A stretch of 64,000 nt of DNA from Bacteroidia bacterium (lineage in GTDB: Bacteria > Bacteroidota > Bacteroidia > 2-12-FULL-35-15), in contig JBKJQG010000357.1 in the NCBI GenBank assembly GCA_046594925.1, positions 3,475 to 67,474 of the forward strand, in the 5' to 3' direction. The translations under genes and the position numbers were made by a program. Each line of letters starts with the position of its first letter. The stretch's first letter is position 1. Shown here one piece after another: positions 1-9,879 of the stretch. The notes beneath the pieces were generated by a model. It made no database searches, had not been told where the DNA came from, and saw only the letters and a list, made by a program, of their open reading frames with translations.

Positions 1-3000
1 ATGGATCCCTTCAACCTAGACCTGCCGGTGGCGGATCGTTTGAATTCAGGGGAACTTTATTTCGACATCGGAAATATTTCGGAAGATGTGCTGAGAGACG
101 GATATAAGAGTGCAGAGAATGTGTTGCCCGCTCCGAGCACAGCAGCACAGAACAACGGAAACAACTTGCCGACCGATACAACCAATTGGGGAATCATGGG
201 TCTGGTTCAGCCTCTGGTAAATGCATTTAATAGTGATGAGGGTGACAGAACTTCCCAGGACATTGGTCTCGACGGAATGAACAATTCGCAGGAGCAGGCG
301 TATTTTAATGCTTACTTAGCCGATGCTGGTTTAGTTGTGACTGCACCCGGAGCAATGACAACCATTTCGAATGACCCGTCGGCAGATGACTACAAGTATT
401 TCAGAGATAGCGAATACGATGGAGCCGATGCAAAAACAGTAGCCCGTTACAAAAAATACAACGGATTGGAAGGCAATTCACCAATTACATCCGGGTCGTT
501 TCCGACACAATCTGCCAACAGTTTGCCCAACGTAGAAGACATCAACCGTGACAACAACTTAAGTACGATCGAAAGCTATTACCAATACAAGATCGGTTTG
601 AAACCAAGTGACATTTGTCCCACTTGTATCGGAACCAACTACATCACCAACGTTTATCAGACCACCGGACAGAACATCAAAGACGGAAGCAGCAAGCCCA
701 TCACCTGGTATCAGTTCAAAATTCCTATCAAGGATCCGAATGCCTTGCGTGTGGGAACCATCGAAAATTTTCAGTCCATCCGATTCATCCGTATGTTCTT
801 AAAAGGATGCGACAAACCCGTGACGCTACGTTTTGCAAAACTGGAATTGGTGCGTAACGACTGGAGAAGATATGCTTATGACCTATTACTGCCAGGATTG
901 TATCAACCTAACGACGACGCAAATACTTTGTTTGACATAGGTGCGGTGAACATTGAAGAAGATGGAAGCAAGCAGCCGGTGAATTATGTATTGCCTCCAA
1001 ACATTGAACGGGAGATCAATACGGGTTCGGCGAATTTAACGGCTTTGAACGAACAAGCCATGTCGATGACCATTTGTAACCTGGAAGACGGAAGTTCACG
1101 TGCCGCTTACAAAACCACAGAGCTGGATGTGCGCTCTTACAAAAAATTGAAAATGTACATTCATGCTGAAGCATCTACTAACACGGCTGATCCATTGAAT
1201 AACGATGACCTTTATGTATTTGTCCGTTTGGGATCCGACTACACCGACAATTATTATGAATATGCCATTCCATTGAAAGTAACCCCTCCAGGTTATTACA
1301 ATGGCAGCGATACCGATGATCAATACAAGGTTTGGCCGGAAGCTAACGAAATGGTTCTTGAATTTGAAAAGCTTCAGGCAGCAAAACAAAAAAGGAACAT
1401 CGACATGTTTAATGGCGGAGCCGTGACGCTGACGAGTGAATATCAGATTCCTGATGGATCGCGTTTGATTACCGTAAAAGGAAATCCGAATTTAAGTTCT
1501 GTGAAGATGCTCATGATCGGAGTCAGAAATCCTAATGATGACGGGCAGCCGAAATGCGGACAGGTCTGGGTGAACGAATTGCGCCTAAGTGATTTTGATG
1601 AAAAAGGCGGATGGGCGGCGACTGCCAGAGTAACAGCCAAGCTCGCCGATTTCGGTAACGTGTCCGTTTCCGGAAACATGTATACTCCGGGATTCGGAAG
1701 CATTGAGAACAAGATCACCGAGCGAAAGAGAGCAACGTTGAAACAATACGATGCCTCTTCGAGTCTGGAGTTGGGTAAATTTCTTCCTGAAGAATACAAC
1801 ATTCGCATTCCTATGTATGTCGGATATTCTGAATCATTCTTAACACCCCAATACAATCCATTGGATCCGGATATTTTGCTGGCTCCTGCTTTGAGAGATG
1901 AGACCGTTCCTAAAAGCGTACGCGATTCCTTGAAACACGTGACACAGGATTATACCAAACGCAGAAGCATTAACTTCACGAATGTGAAGAAAGATAAAGG
2001 TAAGAATGCCAAGAAGAGTCGCATCTATGACATCGAGAACTGGGCAGCAACCTATTCTTATAATGAGCAGTACAAACGCGATGTGAACATCGAGTACAAT
2101 ACACAACGCAATTACCGCGGCGGACTGGTCTACAGTTTTGCACCACAGCCAAAAAATTACAAGCCTTTTGCAAAAACGAAAATTTTCCAGAGCAAATACC
2201 TGCAGCTTATTAAGGACGTGAACTTCTATTTGTTGCCAAGCAAGATCGGTTTCGGAACCGACATTGATAGGGATTTCAGCACCTCCAAGAACAGGAATAC
2301 TACCGGCGGAGACCTTATCATCATTCCAACATTCAACAAACGATTCAGCATGTCGCGCAATTATGAATTGAAATACGACATCACCAAAGGATTGAAATTG
2401 GATTACACGGCCACCAACGAAGCGCGCATTCTGGAGCCGGCGGGAGAAATTGACACCGGCGAGAAAAAAGATACGCTTTGGGATAACTTCCTCAGAAATC
2501 AAAAAACAACTCAGTTCAATCAACAGCTGGGCGTGAATTACACGATTCCGATCAACAAGATACCTTTATTGGATTTTACTTCTGCATCGGTGAGATACGG
2601 TGGAACATACGGATGGGAACGCGCTCCATTGAATGCCGATTCTTTGGGAAATACATTGAGGAATTCAGAGTCTATAAATTGGAATGGACAGCTGAACATG
2701 GTGACGCTTTATAACAAAATCCCATACTTCAAGAAGATCAACCAGAAGAAAAACAATGCGGCAAACAAGGGAGGAAAAGCAAGTGCCATCTCGAAGCCGG
2801 GCGTTCCTAAAACTCCGACGGAGATCGCTGATTCGACTAAAAAAGCAAAAGAAGAAAAATTAGAGATCCTGGAATACGTGGCTCGGATTATTATGTCTGT
2901 TAAGACGGTCACGGTCACCTACGGTACGACCAAAGGGACCATTCTTCCTGGATACGGACATTCCACGAACATGATAGGGATGGACAAAAATTTTGAGGGT

Positions 3001-4260
3001 CCGACTGCGGGATTTGTGTTCGGTAGTCAGAGAGATATCCGAGATGAGGCGGTCGACAAAGATTGGCTGGTCAAGCTGGCTTCGCTAAACACACCTACCA
3101 CAAAAACGGAAAGTAAGAATCTGAACATACGTGCAAACTTAGAGCCTTTGCCAGATCTGAAAATAGAATTGACGGCAACACGGACGCAGGCGAAAAGCCA
3201 TTCCGAATTATTTCGCTGGACCCACGATACTTTACCCAATGGTGCCCAATTTGATCGTTTCAGGGGATCACTTCCTTCGGAGACGGGAAATTTTAGCATG
3301 TCTTTCTTGTCTTACAAAACCTCTTTCGTAAAAGACGGAGGAGTGACTTTCCAAAAATTCCTGGATGCAAGAGCCAGCATTTCTGCACGCAGAGGAGAGA
3401 ATCCGGCATCTGGGGGAACCGTCAACGGGTTTGCCGAAGGATACAATGCCACTTCTCAGGATGTACTGATCCCGGCCTTCATCGCTGCTTATGGCGGAAC
3501 GAATCCGAACAATGTTACTTTGGATAATTTCCCTAAAATTCCTAAACCGAACTGGCGCATCACTTACGACGGATTGTCCAAAATGGAAAAGATCAAAAAA
3601 TATTTTAAATCATTTACCCTGAGTCACGCTTACCGTTCTTCCTACAATGTTGGAGGATATACGACCAACTTGTTGTGGATCGATGATGGTATTGTGGGTG
3701 ACGACTTCACGAGCATCAGAGAGGCAGTATCTTCCGTTCCCGGGAATGCCAACTTCCTGTCAAGGGATTTGATCAGTTCTGTTTCAATCTCAGAGCAATG
3801 GAGTCCACTAATTAAACTGGACATGACCTTGAAGAACAGCATTCTTGTAAGTTTCGAATTCAAGAAAGACCGGAACCTTTCACTCGGCTTGACGAGCAAG
3901 ACCATTACGGAAGTGGCTGGACAAGAGATCGTGGGAGGATTGGGCTACCGCATCCCGAATTTAAAACTCGGCAATGCACAGATCAAAGGCAAGCCGGTGA
4001 AGAGCGATCTGAACTTAAAACTCGACCTTTCCTTCCGCAGGAATGAGACCGTGATCAGAAGGATCGTTGAAGAAGTGAGTCAGTCCACGGCTGGGACGAA
4101 CATCATCTCCATTAAGGTGGCCGCGGATTACGTGATCAGCGAGAAAATCAACATCCGCTTGTTCTACGACCGCATTATCAACCGTCCGGTATTGTCCAAC
4201 TCTTTCCCGACTGCTAACACCAACGCGGGTATCAGCCTGAGGTTGACATTGGCTAATTAA
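1..4260 (+). CDS. sprA: C-terminal ~1,400 aa of a very large cell-surface / T9SS-associated protein (SprA-like); 5' end lies outside the window
   Basis: ORF runs from base 1 and is far larger than any other gene in the window. The SprA call rests on its size and on synteny with the downstream gcvH and VanZ-like gene, an arrangement I recall from Bacteroidetes. No motif-level confirmation was possible. Confidence 0.5.
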   Translation: MDPFNLDLPVADRLNSGELYFDIGNISEDVLRDGYKSAENVLPAPSTAAQNNGNNLPTDTTNWGIMGLVQPLVNAFNSDEGDRTSQDIGLDGMNNSQEQAYFNAYLADAGLVVTAPGAMTTISNDPSADDYKYFRDSEYDGADAKTVARYKKYNGLEGNSPITSGSFPTQSANSLPNVEDINRDNNLSTIESYYQYKIGLKPSDICPTCIGTNYITNVYQTTGQNIKDGSSKPITWYQFKIPIKDPNALRVGTIENFQSIRFIRMFLKGCDKPVTLRFAKLELVRNDWRRYAYDLLLPGLYQPNDDANTLFDIGAVNIEEDGSKQPVNYVLPPNIEREINTGSANLTALNEQAMSMTICNLEDGSSRAAYKTTELDVRSYKKLKMYIHAEASTNTADPLNNDDLYVFVRLGSDYTDNYYEYAIPLKVTPPGYYNGSDTDDQYKVWPEANEMVLEFEKLQAAKQKRNIDMFNGGAVTLTSEYQIPDGSRLITVKGNPNLSSVKMLMIGVRNPNDDGQPKCGQVWVNELRLSDFDEKGGWAATARVTAKLADFGNVSVSGNMYTPGFGSIENKITERKRATLKQYDASSSLELGKFLPEEYNIRIPMYVGYSESFLTPQYNPLDPDILLAPALRDETVPKSVRDSLKHVTQDYTKRRSINFTNVKKDKGKNAKKSRIYDIENWAATYSYNEQYKRDVNIEYNTQRNYRGGLVYSFAPQPKNYKPFAKTKIFQSKYLQLIKDVNFYLLPSKIGFGTDIDRDFSTSKNRNTTGGDLIIIPTFNKRFSMSRNYELKYDITKGLKLDYTATNEARILEPAGEIDTGEKKDTLWDNFLRNQKTTQFNQQLGVNYTIPINKIPLLDFTSASVRYGGTYGWERAPLNADSLGNTLRNSESINWNGQLNMVTLYNKIPYFKKINQKKNNAANKGGKASAISKPGVPKTPTEIADSTKKAKEEKLEILEYVARIIMSVKTVTVTYGTTKGTILPGYGHSTNMIGMDKNFEGPTAGFVFGSQRDIRDEAVDKDWLVKLASLNTPTTKTESKNLNIRANLEPLPDLKIELTATRTQAKSHSELFRWTHDTLPNGAQFDRFRGSLPSETGNFSMSFLSYKTSFVKDGGVTFQKFLDARASISARRGENPASGGTVNGFAEGYNATSQDVLIPAFIAAYGGTNPNNVTLDNFPKIPKPNWRITYDGLSKMEKIKKYFKSFTLSHAYRSSYNVGGYTTNLLWIDDGIVGDDFTSIREAVSSVPGNANFLSRDLISSVSISEQWSPLIKLDMTLKNSILVSFEFKKDRNLSLGLTSKTITEVAGQEIVGGLGYRIPNLKLGNAQIKGKPVKSDLNLKLDLSFRRNETVIRRIVEEVSQSTAGTNIISIKVAADYVISEKINIRLFYDRIINRPVLSNSFPTANTNAGISLRLTLAN

Positions 4261-4448
4261 GCCTGTAAATTCATACTATACTTCTACGGAGCAGCTCAAA
4301 AGCCTCTCGCTTGTCTCGGTTTTCTTCATAAATAAATCGGCGAAAAACATTCAGACTTATCGAATTAACTATAAATTTGTGCATCATTAATTAACCGTGC
4401 CTTCGTTTCATCCTTCAGAGTTTTTTACCACCGAGAAGGACTAAAGCT

Positions 4449-4853
4449 ATGGCAGATAAAAAAGATAGAAAAATGAATTTTCCTGAAAATTTAAAATACA
4501 CCAAAGATCACGAGTGGGTTCTTGTGGAAGGCAATGTAGCAACAATCGGAATCACTGAATTTGCTCAGGGTGAATTGGGTGACATTGTATATGTGGACAT
4601 TACAACAGAAGGTGAAGAGCTGGCTCACGAAGAAATTTTCGGAACGGTAGAAGCAGTAAAGACAGTATCAGATCTTTTTATGCCTGTTTCAGGAAGAGTA
4701 GCAGAAGTTAACAAAGGCTTGGATACCAATCCGGAGTCGGTGAACAAAGACCCTTATGGTGCAGGGTGGATGATAAAAGTGGAAATGAAAGATGCTGCTG
4801 AAGCAAACGCTTTGATGAGTGCAGCTGATTACAAAGCTCTGACAGGCCACTAG
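4449..4853 (+). CDS. gcvH: glycine cleavage system H protein
   Basis: Translation [16 protein letters not shown]...[14 protein letters not shown]...VEAVK(T/A)VSDL is a canonical lipoyl-lysine GcvH, about 126-134 aa. The start may be the internal MNFPE ATG at 4473. Confidence 0.9.
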   Translation: MADKKDRKMNFPENLKYTKDHEWVLVEGNVATIGITEFAQGELGDIVYVDITTEGEELAHEEIFGTVEAVKTVSDLFMPVSGRVAEVNKGLDTNPESVNKDPYGAGWMIKVEMKDAAEANALMSAADYKALTGH

Positions 4854-4854
4854 G

Positions 4855-5250
4855 ATGTTTCTAAAGAACATGAGATGGGCAATGCTTTGGGCATTACTCA
4901 TTCTGATAGTATGCGGGATCCCCGGAAGGGACATTCCGCATATTTCTTTTCTGGAAATGTTGAGTTTCGATAAGTTTGTGCACGCGGGCATTTTCTTTGT
5001 TTTGCTGATTTTATCGATAAAGGGATTTGCGGGGCAAACAGCATTTGATGTTGTGAAAGACCATCCCAAAGCCACAGCACTTCTGATCTGTATCACCTAC
5101 GGAGGCTTATTGGAAGTGATGCAGGGGACGGTGTTTGAAGAGCGAAGTGCTGATGTATATGATTTTATTGCCAACAGTTTCGGCTGCATGCTGGGAGCTT
5201 TATTGTATACTTGGATAGAGAAAAAAGGACTGATCAGGTTTCTGAAATGA
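4855..5250 (+). CDS. VanZ-like family membrane protein
   Basis: 131-aa protein with 4 predicted TM helices, typical VanZ-like size and hydropathy, immediately downstream of gcvH with a 1-nt gap. Confidence 0.55.
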   Translation: MFLKNMRWAMLWALLILIVCGIPGRDIPHISFLEMLSFDKFVHAGIFFVLLILSIKGFAGQTAFDVVKDHPKATALLICITYGGLLEVMQGTVFEERSADVYDFIANSFGCMLGALLYTWIEKKGLIRFLK

Positions 5251-5702
5251 ACATACGCTGGGACATAAAAAAATTTGAAGAATTAAGCGTGCAGGAGTTG
5301 TACGTGATCATGCAGCTGCGCCTGGAAGTGTTTTCAGTCGAGCAGAATTGTGCCTACCAGGATGCCGACGGCAAAGACCCTAACTGTTTTCACCTTTGCG
5401 GTTTCAATGAGAAGAATGAACTGATCGTCTATTCCCGGATTGTTCCTCCGGGCATTTCATTTGCTGAAGTATCCATCGGTCGTGTGATTAGTTCGCAAAA
5501 AGCAAGAGGTACAGGTGCTGGAAAGGAATTGATGAAGCGATCCATGGCATTCATTCTCGAGCATTACGGAAATACCCCGATCCGGATCGGCGCCCAATGT
5601 TACCTTATTAAGTTTTATTCCGGTTTTGAATTTGAGGTTTCCGGTACAGAATACCTGGAAGACAATATCCCTCACATTGAGATGCTTTACACTCCTCATT
5701 GA
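5247..5702 (+). CDS. GNAT family N-acetyltransferase (ElaA-like)
   Basis: Has the acetyl-CoA binding motif region (R/Q)xxGxG/A (QKARGTGAG) and ElaA-like size. Start taken at MNIRWD, which overlaps the upstream stop by 4 nt. Confidence 0.75.
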   Translation: MNIRWDIKKFEELSVQELYVIMQLRLEVFSVEQNCAYQDADGKDPNCFHLCGFNEKNELIVYSRIVPPGISFAEVSIGRVISSQKARGTGAGKELMKRSMAFILEHYGNTPIRIGAQCYLIKFYSGFEFEVSGTEYLEDNIPHIEMLYTPH

Positions 5703-5799
5703 TCTGATTCTCATTTCTTTATTATCCAACATTCCTAAGGCGGGGTGGTGCTTTTTTGCCTGAAAAGCAGTATTTTTGCAAAAACAAGTATCTACTCCA

Positions 5800-8700
5800 A
5801 TGATCAAAAAAATCGCTTTTATTTTTATAGTCGCTCTCTTGGGCTTCCGAGTTGCAAACGCACAACACATTCCGCAACTTTGGGGGCTTACTTCGGGTGG
5901 TAGTACTTCGGACCTGGGGACCATCTTTCATTATACCCCTTCCACCAATGCACATACGCTAGACTATTCTTTTCAGAATGTTGCTCCGGGTGCCAATCCC
6001 CAAATGACCGACCTTACGGATGGAGGGAATGGAAAACTTTATGGAATGACCTACAGCGGAGGTGCCGCTTTTTCTGGAGTTATTTTTGAATACGATACTT
6101 TATCAGGTGTTTATACAAAGAAAGTAGACCTGACCTCCTCTACCGGGAATTTCCCGAGAGGATCTCTGACCCTGTATGCAGGAAAATTATACGGAATGAC
6201 AAGTCTTGGAGGTGTAAATAATAAAGGAACCATCTTTGAGTGGGATCCGGCTACAAATATTTTCACAAAAAAAATTGATCTGAGCACAACCATCGGATCC
6301 AGTCCCGCGGGTTCTCTTGCTTTGGCGGGAACCAAATTATATGGGATGACTTATCAAGGAGGAACGGCTAACAAAGGAGTGATCTTTGAATGGGACCCAG
6401 CAACCAACATCTACACGAAAAAAATTGATCTTACAACCGCCAACGGTGCAAATCCATACGGAACTTTGGAATTGAATGGCGGTTTATTTTATGGATTAGC
6501 ATACACAGGTGGCGCCGCCAGCGGAGGCGTAATCTTTGAATGGGATCCGTCTACCAATATCTACACGAAAAAAATTGATCTGTCGACTGCCACCGGAAAG
6601 AACCCCTACGGTAAATTAACATACAGCTCAGGTAAATTTTATGGGTTGACCAACCTGGGCGGGACGGGCAGTCGGGGAGTGATCTTTGAATGGAATCCGA
6701 TCACGAACACTTACACCAAGAAAATTGATTTCAGCGCGATCAACGGAACCTATCCTCAGGGGTCTTTGACAATAAATGGAAGTAAATTATATGGCTTAAC
6801 CAAAGGCGGTGGAACCAGCGACTTGGGAGTGATCTTCGAGTGGGATCCTTCAACCAATATCTATATTAAGAAAATCGAGCTGACAACAACCGGAGGAAAA
6901 AATCCACTCGCTTCATTAGTGAATGTGAACGGAATGTTTTACGGATTAACAAATTTGGGTGGCTTATCGGCCAGCGGGGTTGTATTCCAGTGGAATCCTT
7001 CGTCTAATAGCTACTCTAAAAAAGTTGATCTCAGCAGCACCAATGGAAACATGTCTAAGGGCTCACTGGTGTTTAACGGCGGGAAATATTACGGGATGAG
7101 TAGCATGGGAGGGGTTAATAATTACGGGGTCATTTTTGAGTGGGATCCTTCAACAGGGGTCTACACAAAAAAACATGATTTCGATAGCATCAACGGTGGA
7201 AGACCTAATGGTTCCCTGCTGATCTATGCCGGTAAATTTTACGGATTAACAACAATTGGCGGGACAAATGGAGTGGGTGTTATTTTCGAATGGGATGTTG
7301 TAACAAATGCCTACACAAAAAAAATTGATCTCTCCATTCCGAATGGTTCTACCCCTTTTGGATCTCTTCAGGTGAATGGAACCAAGCTATACGGAATGAC
7401 CAATCTGGGAGGTGCAACCGGAGCGGGTGTGATCTTTGAATGGGACCCGGCTTCCAATGTGTATACAAAAAAAATTGACCTGACTGTTGCAGGCGGCAGT
7501 AATCCTTATGGCTCACTTGTATTTAACGGAACTAACTTTTACGGATTAACATACAACGGGGGAACAAATGGTTTTGGGGTGATCTTTGAGTGGAGTCCTT
7601 CTACGAATATCTACGCCAAGAGATATGACCTTATTGATTCGCTGGGCAGCAGGCCGACGGGCTCATTGCTATTCAACTCAGGATTGTTCTATGGATTGAC
7701 AAAATACGGCGGGATAGCCAGTGGCGGTGTGTTGTTTTCATGGAATCCAACTTCAAATGCCTATCTTAAAAAGTTTGATTATGATTATCCTGACGGTGTT
7801 TTTCCGGGAGGAGCTTTGACATTGTCTAGCTCCGGAAAAATTTATGGATTGACAGGAGAAGGTGGCGTATTTGGCACGGGGACTTTATTTGAATGGAATG
7901 TAACAACAAGTACACTTACCACGAAAGTTCATTTTAGCGGAACCAGTGGAACGGGAATGGGAAGCTATCCTATTTATACTCAACTGATCGAACAGCTCTC
8001 CAACATTGTTCCCGTATTCTCCATGAACGCACCGGTAATGAACATGTGTATGAACAGCACTTCTTCTAATCCATTTACGGTGACTGATGCAGATCTGGAT
8101 GCCATCACTTTCACAGTGAACAGCAGCAACACTGTTTTATTGCCAAATGCAAGCATAAGTGTTAGTAATATCAGTGGAAGCAATTACCAGGCTACCTATA
8201 CACCGGCTGCCGGACAGACAGGAAGTACCACGATCACCATTACTGCAAATGACGGATTTGGTGGCAGCACGATTTATACCTTTGTTTTAAATGTGACGAC
8301 TGGTCCTGTGGTCACGGCAAGTACCACAGCGACGACGATCTGTCAGGGACAACCTGTTACACTTACTGGCGGCGGAGCAACGACATACACCTGGACAGGT
8401 GGGGCGGTTAACGGCATTGCTTTTTCTCCCACCGGGACTACCACTTATACGGTGACCGGAACGATTGCTGGCTGCGGAACAAATACGGCCACACAAACCA
8501 TCGTTGTGAATCCGATCCCGTCAGTTACAGCCAATGCAAGCAGTCCTTCCGTTTGTTCAGGACAATCATTAACACTTAATGGAGGCGGAGCAAGTTCTTA
8601 TGCATGGACCGGTGGTATATCCAACGGAGTTGCATTTGTTCCTTTTTCAACAGGTACTTATACGGTCACCGGAACAGCTTCTGGTTGTTCAAATACGGCA

Positions 8701-9825
8701 ACCGTCACCGTTTCAGTGAATGCATCTCCGACCGTCAGCGTCTCGGCAAGTTCAACGACCATCTGTAACGGTCAGCCGGTAACGCTTACCGGAAGCGGAA
8801 CAGGAAGTTCTTATTCATGGAGCGGCGGAATTACAAATGGTGTCGCGTTCAATCCTGCATCCACAACAACTTATACGGTTACCGGAACATTGGGCACTTG
8901 TACCAACACTGCTACACAAGTTATAACGGTGAATCCACTTCCGTCGGTAACAGCAAATACAACCAGTACAGGAATATGTACCGGACAATCAGTGACACTG
9001 ACGGGTGGCGGAGCAACAAGCTACAGCTGGAGTTCAGGAGTTACAAACGGAATCTCATTTTCTCCGTCTTCGACGTTGACCTACACGGTAACCGGAACCA
9101 CCGGGAGCTGCACAAATACGGCAACACAAACCATCACGGTGAGCTCACCTCCAACAGTTACTGCAAACGCAACAAGCACAAACGTGTGTAACGGACAACC
9201 TGTTACTCTTACTGGTGGCGGTGCTTCCACTTATACCTGGACCGGAGGCGCAAGCGATGGAGTTGCCTTTGTTCCTGCAACGACGACTACATATACAGTG
9301 ACCGGAGCCGTAATGGGATGTACCAATACAGCTGTAACAACAATTACGGTCGCCCTTCCGGTAGATGTTGCGGTGATGCAAAGCGGAAACATTTTAACCG
9401 CCAACAGTGCTTCCGGAACTTTTCAGTGGGTGGACTGCAACAATTCATACGCATTGATTCCGGGGGAGACCAATGCCGTTTACACTCCGCTTTTGGATGG
9501 CAACTATGCTGTGATAGTAAATGAAGGAGGATGTCTGGATACTTCAACTTGTTTTATCGTCATCACGACCGCCATAGCAGCTCATGGCAATGTGATGATG
9601 GTGGCTTATCCGAACCCTACAAATGGAATTGTTTATTTTGATTTGGGAAACAAGACTTCAGCAATGGTTGAGGTGTACAATGCATTCGGGCAGCTAGTTC
9701 TTTCAAAAGAAATTAACGCTTCGCAGAATTCAACAACATTGTCGGATGAACACAACGGTGTTTACTTAATAAAAATCATTGCCGGCGAAGAGGTGATGTT
9801 GACAAGAATGATACTTGTGAAATAA
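5800..9825 (+). CDS. giant secreted repeat protein, T9SS cargo with C-terminal type-A sorting domain
   Basis: Signal peptide MIKKIAFIFIVALLGFRVANAQ. 14 consecutive 47-aa repeats (GVIFEWDPxTNIYTKKIDL...G..YGLT..GG...). About 7 Ig-like/PKD-like ~75-aa repeats (TICxGQxVTLTGGGAxxYxWTGG...YTVTGT..GC.NTAT). C-terminus (YPNPTNGIVYFDL...GVYLIKI...) resembles the Por/T9SS sorting domain. Possibly the 'choice-of-anchor tandem repeat' class. Confidence 0.85.
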   Translation: MIKKIAFIFIVALLGFRVANAQHIPQLWGLTSGGSTSDLGTIFHYTPSTNAHTLDYSFQNVAPGANPQMTDLTDGGNGKLYGMTYSGGAAFSGVIFEYDTLSGVYTKKVDLTSSTGNFPRGSLTLYAGKLYGMTSLGGVNNKGTIFEWDPATNIFTKKIDLSTTIGSSPAGSLALAGTKLYGMTYQGGTANKGVIFEWDPATNIYTKKIDLTTANGANPYGTLELNGGLFYGLAYTGGAASGGVIFEWDPSTNIYTKKIDLSTATGKNPYGKLTYSSGKFYGLTNLGGTGSRGVIFEWNPITNTYTKKIDFSAINGTYPQGSLTINGSKLYGLTKGGGTSDLGVIFEWDPSTNIYIKKIELTTTGGKNPLASLVNVNGMFYGLTNLGGLSASGVVFQWNPSSNSYSKKVDLSSTNGNMSKGSLVFNGGKYYGMSSMGGVNNYGVIFEWDPSTGVYTKKHDFDSINGGRPNGSLLIYAGKFYGLTTIGGTNGVGVIFEWDVVTNAYTKKIDLSIPNGSTPFGSLQVNGTKLYGMTNLGGATGAGVIFEWDPASNVYTKKIDLTVAGGSNPYGSLVFNGTNFYGLTYNGGTNGFGVIFEWSPSTNIYAKRYDLIDSLGSRPTGSLLFNSGLFYGLTKYGGIASGGVLFSWNPTSNAYLKKFDYDYPDGVFPGGALTLSSSGKIYGLTGEGGVFGTGTLFEWNVTTSTLTTKVHFSGTSGTGMGSYPIYTQLIEQLSNIVPVFSMNAPVMNMCMNSTSSNPFTVTDADLDAITFTVNSSNTVLLPNASISVSNISGSNYQATYTPAAGQTGSTTITITANDGFGGSTIYTFVLNVTTGPVVTASTTATTICQGQPVTLTGGGATTYTWTGGAVNGIAFSPTGTTTYTVTGTIAGCGTNTATQTIVVNPIPSVTANASSPSVCSGQSLTLNGGGASSYAWTGGISNGVAFVPFSTGTYTVTGTASGCSNTATVTVSVNASPTVSVSASSTTICNGQPVTLTGSGTGSSYSWSGGITNGVAFNPASTTTYTVTGTLGTCTNTATQVITVNPLPSVTANTTSTGICTGQSVTLTGGGATSYSWSSGVTNGISFSPSSTLTYTVTGTTGSCTNTATQTITVSSPPTVTANATSTNVCNGQPVTLTGGGASTYTWTGGASDGVAFVPATTTTYTVTGAVMGCTNTAVTTITVALPVDVAVMQSGNILTANSASGTFQWVDCNNSYALIPGETNAVYTPLLDGNYAVIVNEGGCLDTSTCFIVITTAIAAHGNVMMVAYPNPTNGIVYFDLGNKTSAMVEVYNAFGQLVLSKEINASQNSTTLSDEHNGVYLIKIIAGEEVMLTRMILVK
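5911..7980 (+). repeat. 141-bp-period coding tandem repeat array (14 units) inside the adhesin gene
   Basis: Blocks such as ggagtgatctttgaatgggatcc...acaaaaaaaattgatct recur every 141 nt, with high identity in the central units. Confidence 0.85.
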
Positions 9826-9844
9826 GATCATGCTGTTGAAAAGG

Positions 9845-9879
9845 AAAGCCCCAGGCATTTAGCTTGGGGCTTTTTTATT
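9845..9879. terminator. hairpin plus T-run between convergent genes (adhesin / cysN)
   Basis: aaagccccagg...cttggggcttttttatt, a GC stem followed by a T-tract, sitting between two stop codons. Confidence 0.55.

Noticed and set aside
608-857. Small + strand ORFs (64 and 80 aa) inside the sprA-like gene
   Set aside because: They sit in alternative frames fully overlapping a long, clearly coding ORF, and their products are low-complexity. Spurious.
4261-4448. Possible glycine riboswitch upstream of gcvH
   Set aside because: A CACCGAGAAGGAC stretch weakly resembles the ACCGAAGGGGCAA core of the glycine aptamer, but no GGAGAG...CUCUGGAGAG elements or a tandem aptamer arrangement are present.
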